Below, one piece after another: positions 19,929 to 29,355 of a stretch of DNA of 64,000 nt. The notes beneath the pieces are model-generated. The model had not been told where the DNA came from, made no database searches, and saw only the letters and a list, made by a program, of their open reading frames with translations. The first letter of the stretch is position 1; every line of letters begins with the position of its first letter. The stretch lies in NCBI GenBank assembly GCA_044227665.1, contig JBGAWK010000009.1, positions 2,592 through 66,591 of the forward strand. The letters run 5' to 3'. The translations under genes were made by a program, and so were the position numbers. The DNA comes from Chitinophagales bacterium (GTDB lineage Bacteria; Bacteroidota; Bacteroidia; Chitinophagales; JADIYW01).

Positions 19929-21905
19929 TTACTTATAGCTTCGTTGAGAAGGCTTACAATATTCGAATTCCAAATTTTCTTTATGCAAGTTCCAATTACT
20001 TTCACCATTGAATTCCCATGCAGCCACATAAGCGAAATTATCATCATCGCGTTTTGCTTCGCCTTCTTCTGTTTGAGACTCTTCACGGAAGTGCCCACCA
20101 CAACTTTCATTGCGCATAAGCGCATCCATACACATCAATTCACCAAGTTCTAAGAAGTCTGCTACTCTGCCTGCTTTCTCCAATTCAGGGTTAAATTCGT
20201 CTATACCTCCCGTAACACGCACATTAGACCAAAATTCTTTGCGCAAGGCTCTAATTTCTTCTACAGCAACTTTTAGCCCTTCTGCATTACGAGCCATGCC
20301 GCATTTGTCCCACATAATCTTGCCTAATGCTTTATGATAATAATCTACGGACTTCGTACCTTGAATACTTAGCAATTGCTGTAATCTATCCTTCACTTCT
20401 TTCTCTGCTTGCGCAAAGGCTTCATGTGTAGTAGGAATAGCCGGTGTCCTAATCTCATCTGCCAAATAGTTACCTATAGTATAAGGAATTACGAAGTATC
20501 CGTCAGCGAGACCTTGCATCAACGCTGACGCACCCAATCTATTGGCACCGTGGTCGGAGAAATTTGCTTCTCCCAGAGCATACAGTCCCGGTACTGTAGT
20601 CATCAGTTCGTAGTCCACCCATAGTCCACCCATAGTATAGTGAACGGCCGGATATATACGCATAGGCGTTTCGTAAGGGTTCTCTCCCGTAATTTTAGCA
20701 TACATATCGAAGAGGTTGCCGTACTTTTCTTTCACTACTTCCTTACCCATAGCGATAATATCGGCATCCGATACATCGTGAAGGCCTTTTTTGCCTACTT
20801 CTATATGTCCGTATCTCTTGATTGCATCGGCATAATCCAGATATACCGCCATCTTAGAAGTTCCCACGCCATATCCGGCATCACATCTTTCTTTCGCAGC
20901 CCTAGAAGCTACATCACGAGGTACGAGGTTGCCAAAGGCGGGGTATCTTCTTTCCAAATAGTAATCTCTTTCCTCTTCGGGAATATCTGTAGGCTTGCGT
21001 GTATCGTTTTGTTGTTTTGGCACCCATATTCTTCCGTCATTACGTAATGACTCAGACATCAATGTAAGCTTAGATTGATGGTCACCTGATACAGGAATAC
21101 AAGTAGGGTGTATTTGTGTGAAGCAAGGGTTGCCGAAATAGGCACCTTTCTTATGTGCTTTCCACGCTGCCGTAACATTGCTGCCCATTGCATTGGTAGA
21201 TAGGTAGAATACGTTGCCGTACCCTCCCGTGCATAACAATACGGCATGACCGAAATGTCTTTCTATCTCTCCCGTTACTAGGTTTCTGGCGATGATACCG
21301 CGAGCTTTGCCGTCTATGATTACCACTTCCAGCATCTCATGGCGAGAATACATTTTCACATTCCCTAAGGCTACCTGTCTTTGCAAGCCAGAATAAGCAC
21401 CTAGTAGTAGCTGCTGTCCTGTCTGTCCCGCAGCGTAGAAAGTACGCTGTACTTGTGTACCTCCAAAGGAGCGGTTGCTGAGCAGTCCACCATACTCACG
21501 GGCAAATGGTACGCCTTGTGCTACACAGTGGTCTATGATATTGGCACTCACCTCGGACAGACGGTGTACGTTACTCTCTCTGGCGCGATAGTCGCCACCT
21601 TTTATGGTGTCGTAAAAAAGTCTGAATACTGAGTCACCGTCATTTTGGTAATTTTTTGCAGCGTTGATACCTCCTTGGGCGGCAATACTGTGTGCCCTAC
21701 GCGGGCTGTCTTGAAAGCAAAAAGCTTTGACCTTATAGCCCAACTCTCCCAAAGATGCGGCAGCACTGGCACCGGCGAGACCTGTGCCTATGATGATAAC
21801 TTCTATTTTTCGCTTATTGGCAGGATTCACCAACTTGACATGACCTTTATAATCATTCCACCTGTTCTCTATAGGACCTTGGGGTAATTTTGCATGTAAT
21901 GACAT
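19929..21905 (-). CDS. sdhA: succinate dehydrogenase/fumarate reductase flavoprotein subunit
   Basis: FAD motif [13 protein letters not shown] and [14 protein letters not shown] (FAD-His). The track start is TTG at 21914. ATG at 21905 gives [16 protein letters not shown], typical of Bacteroidota homologues. Confidence 0.95.
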   Translation of the reverse strand: MSLHAKLPQGPIENRWNDYKGHVKLVNPANKRKIEVIIIGTGLAGASAAASLGELGYKVKAFCFQDSPRRAHSIAAQGGINAAKNYQNDGDSVFRLFYDTIKGGDYRARESNVHRLSEVSANIIDHCVAQGVPFAREYGGLLSNRSFGGTQVQRTFYAAGQTGQQLLLGAYSGLQRQVALGNVKMYSRHEMLEVVIIDGKARGIIARNLVTGEIERHFGHAVLLCTGGYGNVFYLSTNAMGSNVTAAWKAHKKGAYFGNPCFTQIHPTCIPVSGDHQSKLTLMSESLRNDGRIWVPKQQNDTRKPTDIPEEERDYYLERRYPAFGNLVPRDVASRAAKERCDAGYGVGTSKMAVYLDYADAIKRYGHIEVGKKGLHDVSDADIIAMGKEVVKEKYGNLFDMYAKITGENPYETPMRIYPAVHYTMGGLWVDYELMTTVPGLYALGEANFSDHGANRLGASALMQGLADGYFVIPYTIGNYLADEIRTPAIPTTHEAFAQAEKEVKDRLQQLLSIQGTKSVDYYHKALGKIMWDKCGMARNAEGLKVAVEEIRALRKEFWSNVRVTGGIDEFNPELEKAGRVADFLELGELMCMDALMRNESCGGHFREESQTEEGEAKRDDDNFAYVAAWEFNGESNWNLHKENLEFEYCKPSQRSYK

Positions 21906-21934
21906 ATTTTGCAATTTGAATTTTTAGAAAATAT

Positions 21935-22600
21935 TTATACTAAATCAAAGAATAGGGCTAACGCTATCACCGTAAATATTCCGGGAATGATAATAGCATA
22001 CGCCATACCTAATTTTTTAATTATTGGCGTGTATTTTTTGTGATTAAGACCCAATGTTTGGAAAGCACTAGGAAAGCCGTGCATAAGGTGAAATGCCAAG
22101 GAGGCAAAGCCTAGTAAATAAGGTATAAGAATAAAAATATTACTCAAGGCTTCTTTCACTTCGAGATAGGTGTTCTCTTCCTGTTGATACACATATACGT
22201 TCATTTTGGTTTCTCTCCAAAAATCGCCCATGTGTAATACCAAAAATATCAACAACAAAGTACCCAAAAGTGTCATAGAGCGACTATACCACTTAGAGTT
22301 TGCTTTGCCATCAATAACTGCATAAGCCACAGGACGTTTTGACTTATTAGCGAAATGAAGTTTGAGTGTAAACACTATATGTGCTAATATCCCTGCCAAT
22401 AGTCCTATTTCCATTATACGAATAACCCAGTTGTGAGACATAAAATGTGCTGCCACATTGAAGGTAGCACCATCATCTCCCAAGAGTATCAATGCATTAA
22501 TACCTGCGTGAACTAATAAAAAAGAAATTAAAAAAAGTCCAGTGAGTCCTACTATAAATTTTCTACCTATAGAACTCGAAAACATACTTGAATTTGCCAT
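21935..22600 (-). CDS. sdhC: succinate dehydrogenase/fumarate reductase cytochrome b subunit (single-subunit b558 type)
   Basis: 221 aa with 5 TM helices and conserved His residues. It is the first gene of the sdhCAB order typical of Bacteroidota. Confidence 0.85.
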   Translation of the reverse strand: MANSSMFSSSIGRKFIVGLTGLFLISFLLVHAGINALILLGDDGATFNVAAHFMSHNWVIRIMEIGLLAGILAHIVFTLKLHFANKSKRPVAYAVIDGKANSKWYSRSMTLLGTLLLIFLVLHMGDFWRETKMNVYVYQQEENTYLEVKEALSNIFILIPYLLGFASLAFHLMHGFPSAFQTLGLNHKKYTPIIKKLGMAYAIIIPGIFTVIALALFFDLV

Positions 22601-22829
22601 ACTAAAATGAGTAAATTTTGATGTAGCAAAATTAGCTATTCAATAAGAATTTTATGTAAAGTTCACTTATATTTAAAATTAAGTTTTAATAAATGTGAAA
22701 AAAATATTTCTTACAAACACATACTCTTCCCTTAAAAACTTATACTTCTTGCGATATATTATCGCAGTGTACTACATATATATGTGCAAATGTTGATTTT
22801 TGACATCGCTAATAGCCTTACACTATTAC

Positions 22830-22837
22830 TATATTTG
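22830..22837 (+). promoter_or_regulatory. -7 promoter box TAnnTTTG upstream of the OmpA-family gene
   Basis: TATATTTG, 21 nt before ATG 22858. Confidence 0.45.
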
Positions 22838-22857
22838 TAAATAAACTGCATAAAATT

Positions 22858-23889
22858 ATGAGTTATAGATATTTGCGATTGGCAATAGCAGTATTGTCCT
22901 TTATCATTATAGAACAGGCATGTATTCCTGCCAAGAAATTCAACGACCTACAAGATAAATACTATGCTTTGCAAGGTGAAAAATTCGTAAAAGACAGCAC
23001 TATCAAGGCTATGACTGATGACTATGTGTTTTGTAAAACCGAATACCAGAAATTATATAAAGATTTTTTACAGCTAAAAGAGGACTCTATAAACCTCGCA
23101 TTATCCTATGAGAAACTTAAAAAAGATTGCGAACAGACCAAAGGTGACTTACTGAACAGACTTACTGACAAGGAAACTAGTTACAATTCTTTGATTGAAG
23201 ACAAGCAAAAGACGGGTGCGGAACTCATGCAGAAAGAGATAGAGCTGGAACGCAAGCGATTGGAATTAGACACCAAAGCCTTGGAGATAGCTAGAAAAGA
23301 GAAGGAATTGCTGGAAATGGGACAAAGAAATTCCGGCTTGACCATGGAACTTCAAAAACAACTCGACAAAGCCAGAGAGCTGGAGGCTAAGCTGGAAGAG
23401 CAGAAAAAGCAGTCCGAAGCACTCAAGGAATCTATTAAAAAGGCTCTGTCAGGATTCAGTAGCAGCGAACTTACGGTAGAGAATAGAAATGGCAAGGTAT
23501 ATGTGTCCATGTCCGACAAGCTACTTTTCAAGAGTGGCAGCACTGCCGTAGATCCTCGCGGTGTAGAAGCCTTAGGCATTCTAGCCAAAGTCATAAATAC
23601 GAATCCTACCATCATCGTAAATGTAGAAGGACATACCGATAATGTACCCCTCAAAGGCACCGGACTCATCAAAGACAACTGGGATCTTAGCCTCATGCGC
23701 GCCAGCAGCGTACTCCATATCCTTACGGGTCAGTATGCTGTAAACCCTGAGCAAGTAGTTGCCTCTGGCAGAGGTGAATATTTCCCTGTATCTCCTAATA
23801 CTACGATCGAAGGCAAGTCCAAAAATCGCCGTACGGAAATCATTCTCACCCCGAAGATTGACCAACTATTACAACTGCTAGAAAAATAA
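22858..23889 (+). CDS. OmpA/MotB-domain lipoprotein with a long coiled-coil N-terminal region
   Basis: 343 aa with a lipobox-like IIEQAC and a heptad-rich region (ELERKRLELDTKALEIARKEKELLE...). The C-terminal OmpA-like domain reads GHTDNVPL...NWDLSLMRASSV...GRGEYFP...NRRTEIIL. Confidence 0.85.
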   Translation: MSYRYLRLAIAVLSFIIIEQACIPAKKFNDLQDKYYALQGEKFVKDSTIKAMTDDYVFCKTEYQKLYKDFLQLKEDSINLALSYEKLKKDCEQTKGDLLNRLTDKETSYNSLIEDKQKTGAELMQKEIELERKRLELDTKALEIARKEKELLEMGQRNSGLTMELQKQLDKARELEAKLEEQKKQSEALKESIKKALSGFSSSELTVENRNGKVYVSMSDKLLFKSGSTAVDPRGVEALGILAKVINTNPTIIVNVEGHTDNVPLKGTGLIKDNWDLSLMRASSVLHILTGQYAVNPEQVVASGRGEYFPVSPNTTIEGKSKNRRTEIILTPKIDQLLQLLEK

Positions 23890-23990
23890 GTATAAATTGT
23901 TCTAAGGATTGCACTTTTATTACGACAACCTTATCACAATCTTTATAATAGTTCGATTTGAATTTCTAGAACTTGGCTATGTGTAGTATA

Positions 23991-26900
23991 TTATAAATAC
24001 TTCTTCAAAATGGCCTCTTTCTGTGTTGGTATTTCGGCTATTTGCTGTTGTAATTCCGCTATTTGGGCTTCTATTTTTTCTATCTCGGCAACTATCGCCT
24101 TTTGCTCGGAGAGCGGGGGAAGAGGGATTTTAATATCTGATATATTTTGTAAACTCAAATTAGCTCTGGCGACTTCTTTTTTCATTGAAGTATATTCAGA
24201 AATAGCACTATCCGAATTTAGAAAGTAATTCAAAAATTGATAATTTAAAAGGTCTGGATTACATCTAACAAGAGCAACAGCTTGATTAATATTTGCACTA
24301 ACATCCAAATTAAATACTGCTGACCTACCAATTGAGGCACCAACGATATTTATTAAAATATCATTTTTCTCTAAAATTGACCGTTTTTGAATTTCGCTAA
24401 ACCTGTGTTCCAAATATTTTTTCTTATTAAATTCTAAAAAGCCCTCTCTAACGTTTTCACTTGTAACAAATAGAACTTCTTGGTTCTTTGTATATGCTAT
24501 TCCTTGCCAAGTTGGAGACGAACCTTTTGTAATTAAAATTGTTAGATTACCTAAGCTCTCAACCTTATAGGATTTTTTAAATAAATCATTAACCGAAGTA
24601 TTTATTTCTACTTTCAGTTTCTCCATCTCCTCAACTGCTTTTTGTTCTTGCTTTTCTAATGCTTCGATTTCAGAAACTACTTTTTGCTGAATGCCGAGGG
24701 GAGGAAGGGGGAGGTATAAGCTTTGCAAATACTTATAGTGCCTTTCGTATTTGTTCCTTTTCTCTATTAAATCAAAAACAGAATAATACAGTACATTAAA
24801 AAAATACTTTGGTAAAAACTCTTTAGAAGGTTTTAATAAAACAGTGCCGTCTGCCCCTCTGAAAAACTTGAAATCTAAATACTTCAAAGTACACGAATGG
24901 TCGCCAAACAAAATAATAGGTAAGTCTGTTACAGGATTAGGTTCATCGGAATATCCAGAAACAAGTTTTTCTTTTTCTTGTGTGACAACAGGAAATTTGC
25001 CAATCTCTAGTATTTTGTATTTCTCAATTTTGACAGTTTCTCCATTTATATTTTGAAGAGAATTTGTAAATAATACCTGCTCCCACCTACTCTTAATCTT
25101 TACTTTTTTTTTAGCCGAAAGCGAAATGTTTTTTTCAAAATCTGCACGGTCAAAGGTGAGCATATCTACCAAATGGTTGTAGCTTACATTTTGTTGCAAA
25201 TTTTCGGCAATAGCTAAATCATACTCATTTAAAAAGGCCTTGTAAATATAATAGCTGGCTTTTTCGGGATTAGTAAAGCTATCGGCATCGTACAGTTGGG
25301 TACAGTCGTCTATGCTTTTGCTGCGCTGTATGGGGTGTATGCCTTCGCTGCCTCTGCGGTTGCTAAATTCATAACCCAAAAAGCGTTTTTCGGCATCTTT
25401 TTCGCCTGTTTTTACCAGCACCACTTTTTGTTGGTAGGCTAATAAAAAATAAAGCAGCTTCTCTTGCTCGGTGGCTAAAATTTTAGCCCAGCGTTCCGTT
25501 TCGTTTTTGGCTTTTATCTTTTTGGTATATGTGGTATAAATTTCGTGTTGTTCTATGTTTTTGTTGGGTGTTTTTTGTAAAAGGGTTTTATAATCGTCAA
25601 AAGAAATGCTACCCCACACGTGCGCCAGATATTTGGCAATGGGTTTTTCTATATCTTTTACCGATAAATCTTGTAGCGCATCAAAACTGTTTTTAATAAT
25701 GGCTTCTATTTTTATGGCATCTTGGTTATTTCTTCTTCTTAAAAATAAGGTTACGGTATTAGTTCCCGTTGCCATAAAGGTATTTGAGCCTAATTCTGCA
25801 ATGGCTACTATTTCAAAATGCTTTAAAAGAATTTCTCTTGCTTGGGTATAAATACCTGTATTGCTCAATATACTGCTTGGCAAAATGATACCTGCGACAC
25901 CGCCATCTTTTAGTAACTGTTTAGTACGTTCTACAAATAGGCATTCTATTTCGCTGCTTCTATCGGTAAGGGCGTTGTATAGCGTAAAATCTTTTTGTGC
26001 TTGTATATATTCTAAATCGTCTTTGCAACCACTTACAGAATAAGGCGGATTGGAGAGTACGATAGAAAATTTTGCTTTAGTAGAATCTTCCAGATTTGTA
26101 TTTTCTTTTAATAACCCTACATACGATTTTGAATTTTCAAAACTATCTAAGCCATCACCGTGTATAATTTGTGCCAGTCCATCGCCATAAAAGTAGCAAC
26201 CCACCTTAGCTACTTTTACTAATCTATAATCTTTTTCAACACCATAAATATATTTGGCAGCCCAGCAGTAAGGGTCGGCTTGCCAAGCCCTCATTTCTTG
26301 TTTTGCTTTAGGAAAAAAGTTGGTGGTATCTATTTTTTGATTAATAATATCTTGATACTCTTCCATTATTTCGGTGATAAAGTGGCCACTACCCACGGCA
26401 TAATCTATTACGGCCGGTAGCGATGGCGTGGGCTGATTGATATGCGCCTCCATCATCTGTTGTATGGGCAGCGATTTTACAATAAACTTGGTAATGGGCG
26501 GTGGTGTAAAATACTGACCGACTTCTTGTTTTAGTCCTGTAGTAAGCAACAGTTCAAAAAAATCGCTCAAGTAGCGTTGCTTGCGTGGATAGCGTATTTG
26601 ATAATCTTGTATCAACTCTACCACTTCTTTTAACACTCTATGGTTTTGTTCAAAATCATTATCGTCCAACACACTTTTTATGTCAAACAACTTATTAAAT
26701 TTTAGAAATTTCTTTTTGGCTTGCTTGAGTTCATCGAGCGTTTTGGCATTAAAATCGGAGTTTTGTATGCCTTCAATTTCCTTTTTCAAAAAATCGTAAA
26801 GACCCTCCTTATGTAGGTTGTAGAGCCGTACTTGAAAATCTACGGGGTCGTCATTTTCGTACCATCTAAATTCGAGTGGGTCGGTATCCCGTTTTTGTTC

Positions 26901-27671
26901 ATCAAAGAGTTTAGCCAAAAACAAATTAAAGATGACATTAAAGGCATTGGGCTTGTCGGATACGGAGTGTTTTCTTAGAATAGAGGCAAATCCATTAAAT
27001 AATTTTTTGCCTGCCTCTTCGTTCAGCTCTGATAAATCATTTTTAGTATATGTTTTTATTTCAAAATTATAGATAGCCGCTTCCCAAACTCCTTTTTGGT
27101 ACAGATGCTTATTCCATTTTGAAAACAAATCTTTTACATTTCCTGCTTGACGGTAATCTTCTTCGATTTTTATGATGATATTTTTGAAATCTACACCTTT
27201 CCCTTGAAGATGGGAAGTATAGAGCATTAGTACATCCGCATCTTTATCTTGTTGAAAGTAAGTAAATAGCTGACCTCCATTGCGCTCCATATTTTTTGCT
27301 TCTTTGTCAAATTCTGCACCCCAAGTTTTACATTCTATCATCAGGTAAGCCGAACCATTGTCACGCGTTACCAAAATATCTAATCTACCGCTGGTGCCTT
27401 GTCCTGTTCGCCACGTTTTTTCTAAAACAATATTTTCAGGAAGGTATCCCTTTTCTAGAAGTCTGTCCACACATTCAAGCACCACCCAATTTTCAGCTTG
27501 TGAAAAATTTTGGGTGGTTTTACTTTCGCCTTTTATAGTATTTCCGAAATTAAAAACTTTCTTTTCAAAATCTACTTCTATGGCGTATCCATTATATTTT
27601 TTATGAAAAACGCCAGAAGTATTTTCTTTAGGGGTAAATCCTAATGTCTGTATGAAGTTTTTATAGTTCAT
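23991..27671 (-). CDS. single-chain restriction-modification-specificity enzyme (Type IIB AloI/CjeI-like architecture: nuclease + N6-adenine MTase + two TRDs)
   Basis: 1226 aa. The N-terminus has an HsdR_N/PD-(D/E)XK-like GRLDILV...YLMIECK. The MTase has motif I VIDYAVGSGHF before motif IV LSNPPY (gamma class). The C-terminus has two HsdS-like TRDs (NDILINIVGASIGRSAVF, NQAVALVR), each followed by a conserved helix (LPLPPLGIQQKVVSEIEALEKQ; IPLPPLSEQKAIVAEIEKIEAQIAELQQQI). Confidence 0.85.
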   Translation of the reverse strand: MNYKNFIQTLGFTPKENTSGVFHKKYNGYAIEVDFEKKVFNFGNTIKGESKTTQNFSQAENWVVLECVDRLLEKGYLPENIVLEKTWRTGQGTSGRLDILVTRDNGSAYLMIECKTWGAEFDKEAKNMERNGGQLFTYFQQDKDADVLMLYTSHLQGKGVDFKNIIIKIEEDYRQAGNVKDLFSKWNKHLYQKGVWEAAIYNFEIKTYTKNDLSELNEEAGKKLFNGFASILRKHSVSDKPNAFNVIFNLFLAKLFDEQKRDTDPLEFRWYENDDPVDFQVRLYNLHKEGLYDFLKKEIEGIQNSDFNAKTLDELKQAKKKFLKFNKLFDIKSVLDDNDFEQNHRVLKEVVELIQDYQIRYPRKQRYLSDFFELLLTTGLKQEVGQYFTPPPITKFIVKSLPIQQMMEAHINQPTPSLPAVIDYAVGSGHFITEIMEEYQDIINQKIDTTNFFPKAKQEMRAWQADPYCWAAKYIYGVEKDYRLVKVAKVGCYFYGDGLAQIIHGDGLDSFENSKSYVGLLKENTNLEDSTKAKFSIVLSNPPYSVSGCKDDLEYIQAQKDFTLYNALTDRSSEIECLFVERTKQLLKDGGVAGIILPSSILSNTGIYTQAREILLKHFEIVAIAELGSNTFMATGTNTVTLFLRRRNNQDAIKIEAIIKNSFDALQDLSVKDIEKPIAKYLAHVWGSISFDDYKTLLQKTPNKNIEQHEIYTTYTKKIKAKNETERWAKILATEQEKLLYFLLAYQQKVVLVKTGEKDAEKRFLGYEFSNRRGSEGIHPIQRSKSIDDCTQLYDADSFTNPEKASYYIYKAFLNEYDLAIAENLQQNVSYNHLVDMLTFDRADFEKNISLSAKKKVKIKSRWEQVLFTNSLQNINGETVKIEKYKILEIGKFPVVTQEKEKLVSGYSDEPNPVTDLPIILFGDHSCTLKYLDFKFFRGADGTVLLKPSKEFLPKYFFNVLYYSVFDLIEKRNKYERHYKYLQSLYLPLPPLGIQQKVVSEIEALEKQEQKAVEEMEKLKVEINTSVNDLFKKSYKVESLGNLTILITKGSSPTWQGIAYTKNQEVLFVTSENVREGFLEFNKKKYLEHRFSEIQKRSILEKNDILINIVGASIGRSAVFNLDVSANINQAVALVRCNPDLLNYQFLNYFLNSDSAISEYTSMKKEVARANLSLQNISDIKIPLPPLSEQKAIVAEIEKIEAQIAELQQQIAEIPTQKEAILKKYL

Positions 27672-27731
27672 TAGAATATATTAATCATCGTAAAGGAATA
27701 CTTACCTTCTAAATATTTTTCCATTATTGCT

Positions 27732-27805
27732 AAAATTTGACATTGGCAAAGTTCAACCAGTAATATACAACAAATATCGTCAAGATTTTGGAATTGTCAA
27801 ATTTT
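27732..27805. repeat. 11-bp perfect inverted repeat in the R-M/tatC intergenic region
   Basis: AAAATTTGACA (27732-27742) and TGTCAAATTTT (27795-27805), separated by 52 nt. The pair lies 61-134 nt upstream of the R-M ATG. Confidence 0.6.
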
Positions 27806-27938
27806 TACCTATTTATACGATAATACAAACGCTGTTTTGTTGTATTAATTCACATAAAAATTATCTATTTATCATTTACCACTCATAAGAACAAGCACAA
27901 TACTATAAAAGAAATAGCCTATCTTTATCGCCATTTGT

Positions 27939-28772
27939 ATGCGACAGCATTTACTAGAGGAAGAAACTGACAAGGAGATGACTTTTATAGATCATCTAGA
28001 AGCATTGCGGTGGCATCTGATACGCTCGGTGATTGCAGTAATAGTCGTTGCCATTATTGCATTTTTGAATAAAAAATTCATCTTTGACTTTCTTATTTTT
28101 GGTCCCACACGCCCCGACTTTCCTACCAACAAATTTTTTTGTTATATAGGCAAAAATGTGCCTTTCTTATCAGGACTATGTATGGATGGACTGGAATACC
28201 GCTTTATCAATACAGACCTCGCTGGACAATTTATGTTGCACCTGAAAGTTTCGGCTATTACTGGATTTATTGTGGCTTTCCCCTATATTTTTTGGGAAAT
28301 ATGGCAATTTATAAAGCCTGCACTATATAAGAACGAACTACATTATACGCGCGGTGTGGTGTTTTTTACGTCCATACTCTTCGTGATAGGATGTTTATTT
28401 GGCTATTTCGTCATAGCACCATTTTCTATCAATTTTTTATATAGCTATACGGCGGTGGAAGTAGCACAAAACTTCATTTCTATAGACAATTATATTTCTA
28501 ACGTAATCTCTATGGTGCTGCCTACAGGCATCATGTTTGAGCTGCCGATGCTGGTATATTTTTTGTCAAAAATTGGTCTTATTTCAGGAGCGTTTATGCA
28601 GAATACTCGAAAACTCGCCTATATTATCATCTTATTTGTGATTGCCGTAATTACACCACAAGGTGATATGTTTAGCCTTATCCTTATCTCTGCACCTATA
28701 CTGCTACTATACGAGATGAGCATATTAGTAGCTTATCGCATAGACAAGCAAACAGCAAAAGAACTTAATTAA
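27939..28772 (+). CDS. tatC: twin-arginine translocase subunit TatC
   Basis: 277 aa. It begins MTFIDHLEALRWHLIRS, has six TM helices, and contains a WEIWQFIKPALY motif. Confidence 0.9.
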   Translation: MRQHLLEEETDKEMTFIDHLEALRWHLIRSVIAVIVVAIIAFLNKKFIFDFLIFGPTRPDFPTNKFFCYIGKNVPFLSGLCMDGLEYRFINTDLAGQFMLHLKVSAITGFIVAFPYIFWEIWQFIKPALYKNELHYTRGVVFFTSILFVIGCLFGYFVIAPFSINFLYSYTAVEVAQNFISIDNYISNVISMVLPTGIMFELPMLVYFLSKIGLISGAFMQNTRKLAYIIILFVIAVITPQGDMFSLILISAPILLLYEMSILVAYRIDKQTAKELN

Positions 28773-28811
28773 TAGAATTTTCAATTAGATATAGCTTATA
28801 TTTGAACTACC

Positions 28812-29249
28812 ATGTATTTTACCGATAAAATCATAATAGCAGCAGACCACGCCGGATATGAGATGAAAGAAATAGTAAAAGAGTATTTAAAATCTATGGA
28901 TATACAGGTTGAGGACAAAGGTACTTATAGTGCAGACGCTGTAGATTATCCGGATTATGCCAAAGCATTATGCCATGCAATTGACGATAAAGAAGCCTCT
29001 TTTGGTATCTTGCTCTGTGGTAGTGCCAACGGTGTGGCTATGACTGCGAATAAATTCAAATTTATTCGTGCTGCAATATGCTGGAATAGTAAGATTGCAG
29101 AATTATCTCGTATGCACAACAATGCCAATGTTATTTGCTTGCCAGCACGTTTCCTTAGTGAAGAGGAGGCTAAAGCCTGCTTGGATATATTCTTCACCAC
29201 AGAATTTGAAGGAGGCAGACATAGCATGAGGATAAAGAAGATGTGCTGA
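28812..29249 (+). CDS. rpiB: ribose-5-phosphate isomerase B
   Basis: 145 aa with IIIAADHAGYEMKE, GILLCGSANGVAMTANK and RMHNNANVICLPARF. Confidence 0.9.
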   Translation: MYFTDKIIIAADHAGYEMKEIVKEYLKSMDIQVEDKGTYSADAVDYPDYAKALCHAIDDKEASFGILLCGSANGVAMTANKFKFIRAAICWNSKIAELSRMHNNANVICLPARFLSEEEAKACLDIFFTTEFEGGRHSMRIKKMC

Positions 29250-29355
29250 TTCCTCTAATTATTCACTTACCTATTGAATATATAAATACACTTCACACCT
29301 TATTGCAACGTTTTACGTTATCTATTTAATCTATCTTTACACACTGTATTTGATA

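Noticed and set aside
24010-27606. Several 60-82-aa plus-strand ORFs within the R-M-S gene
   Set aside because: All are short and antisense to one continuous 1226-aa ORF with ordered nuclease/MTase/TRD motifs. None resembles a controller (C) protein HTH.
22858-27671. Possibility that the coiled-coil OmpA/MotB-like protein plus the neighbouring R-M gene form a Zorya-like module
   Set aside because: The genes are convergent and there is no MotA/ZorA-like partner. Coiled-coil OmpA lipoproteins are common housekeeping envelope proteins in Bacteroidota.
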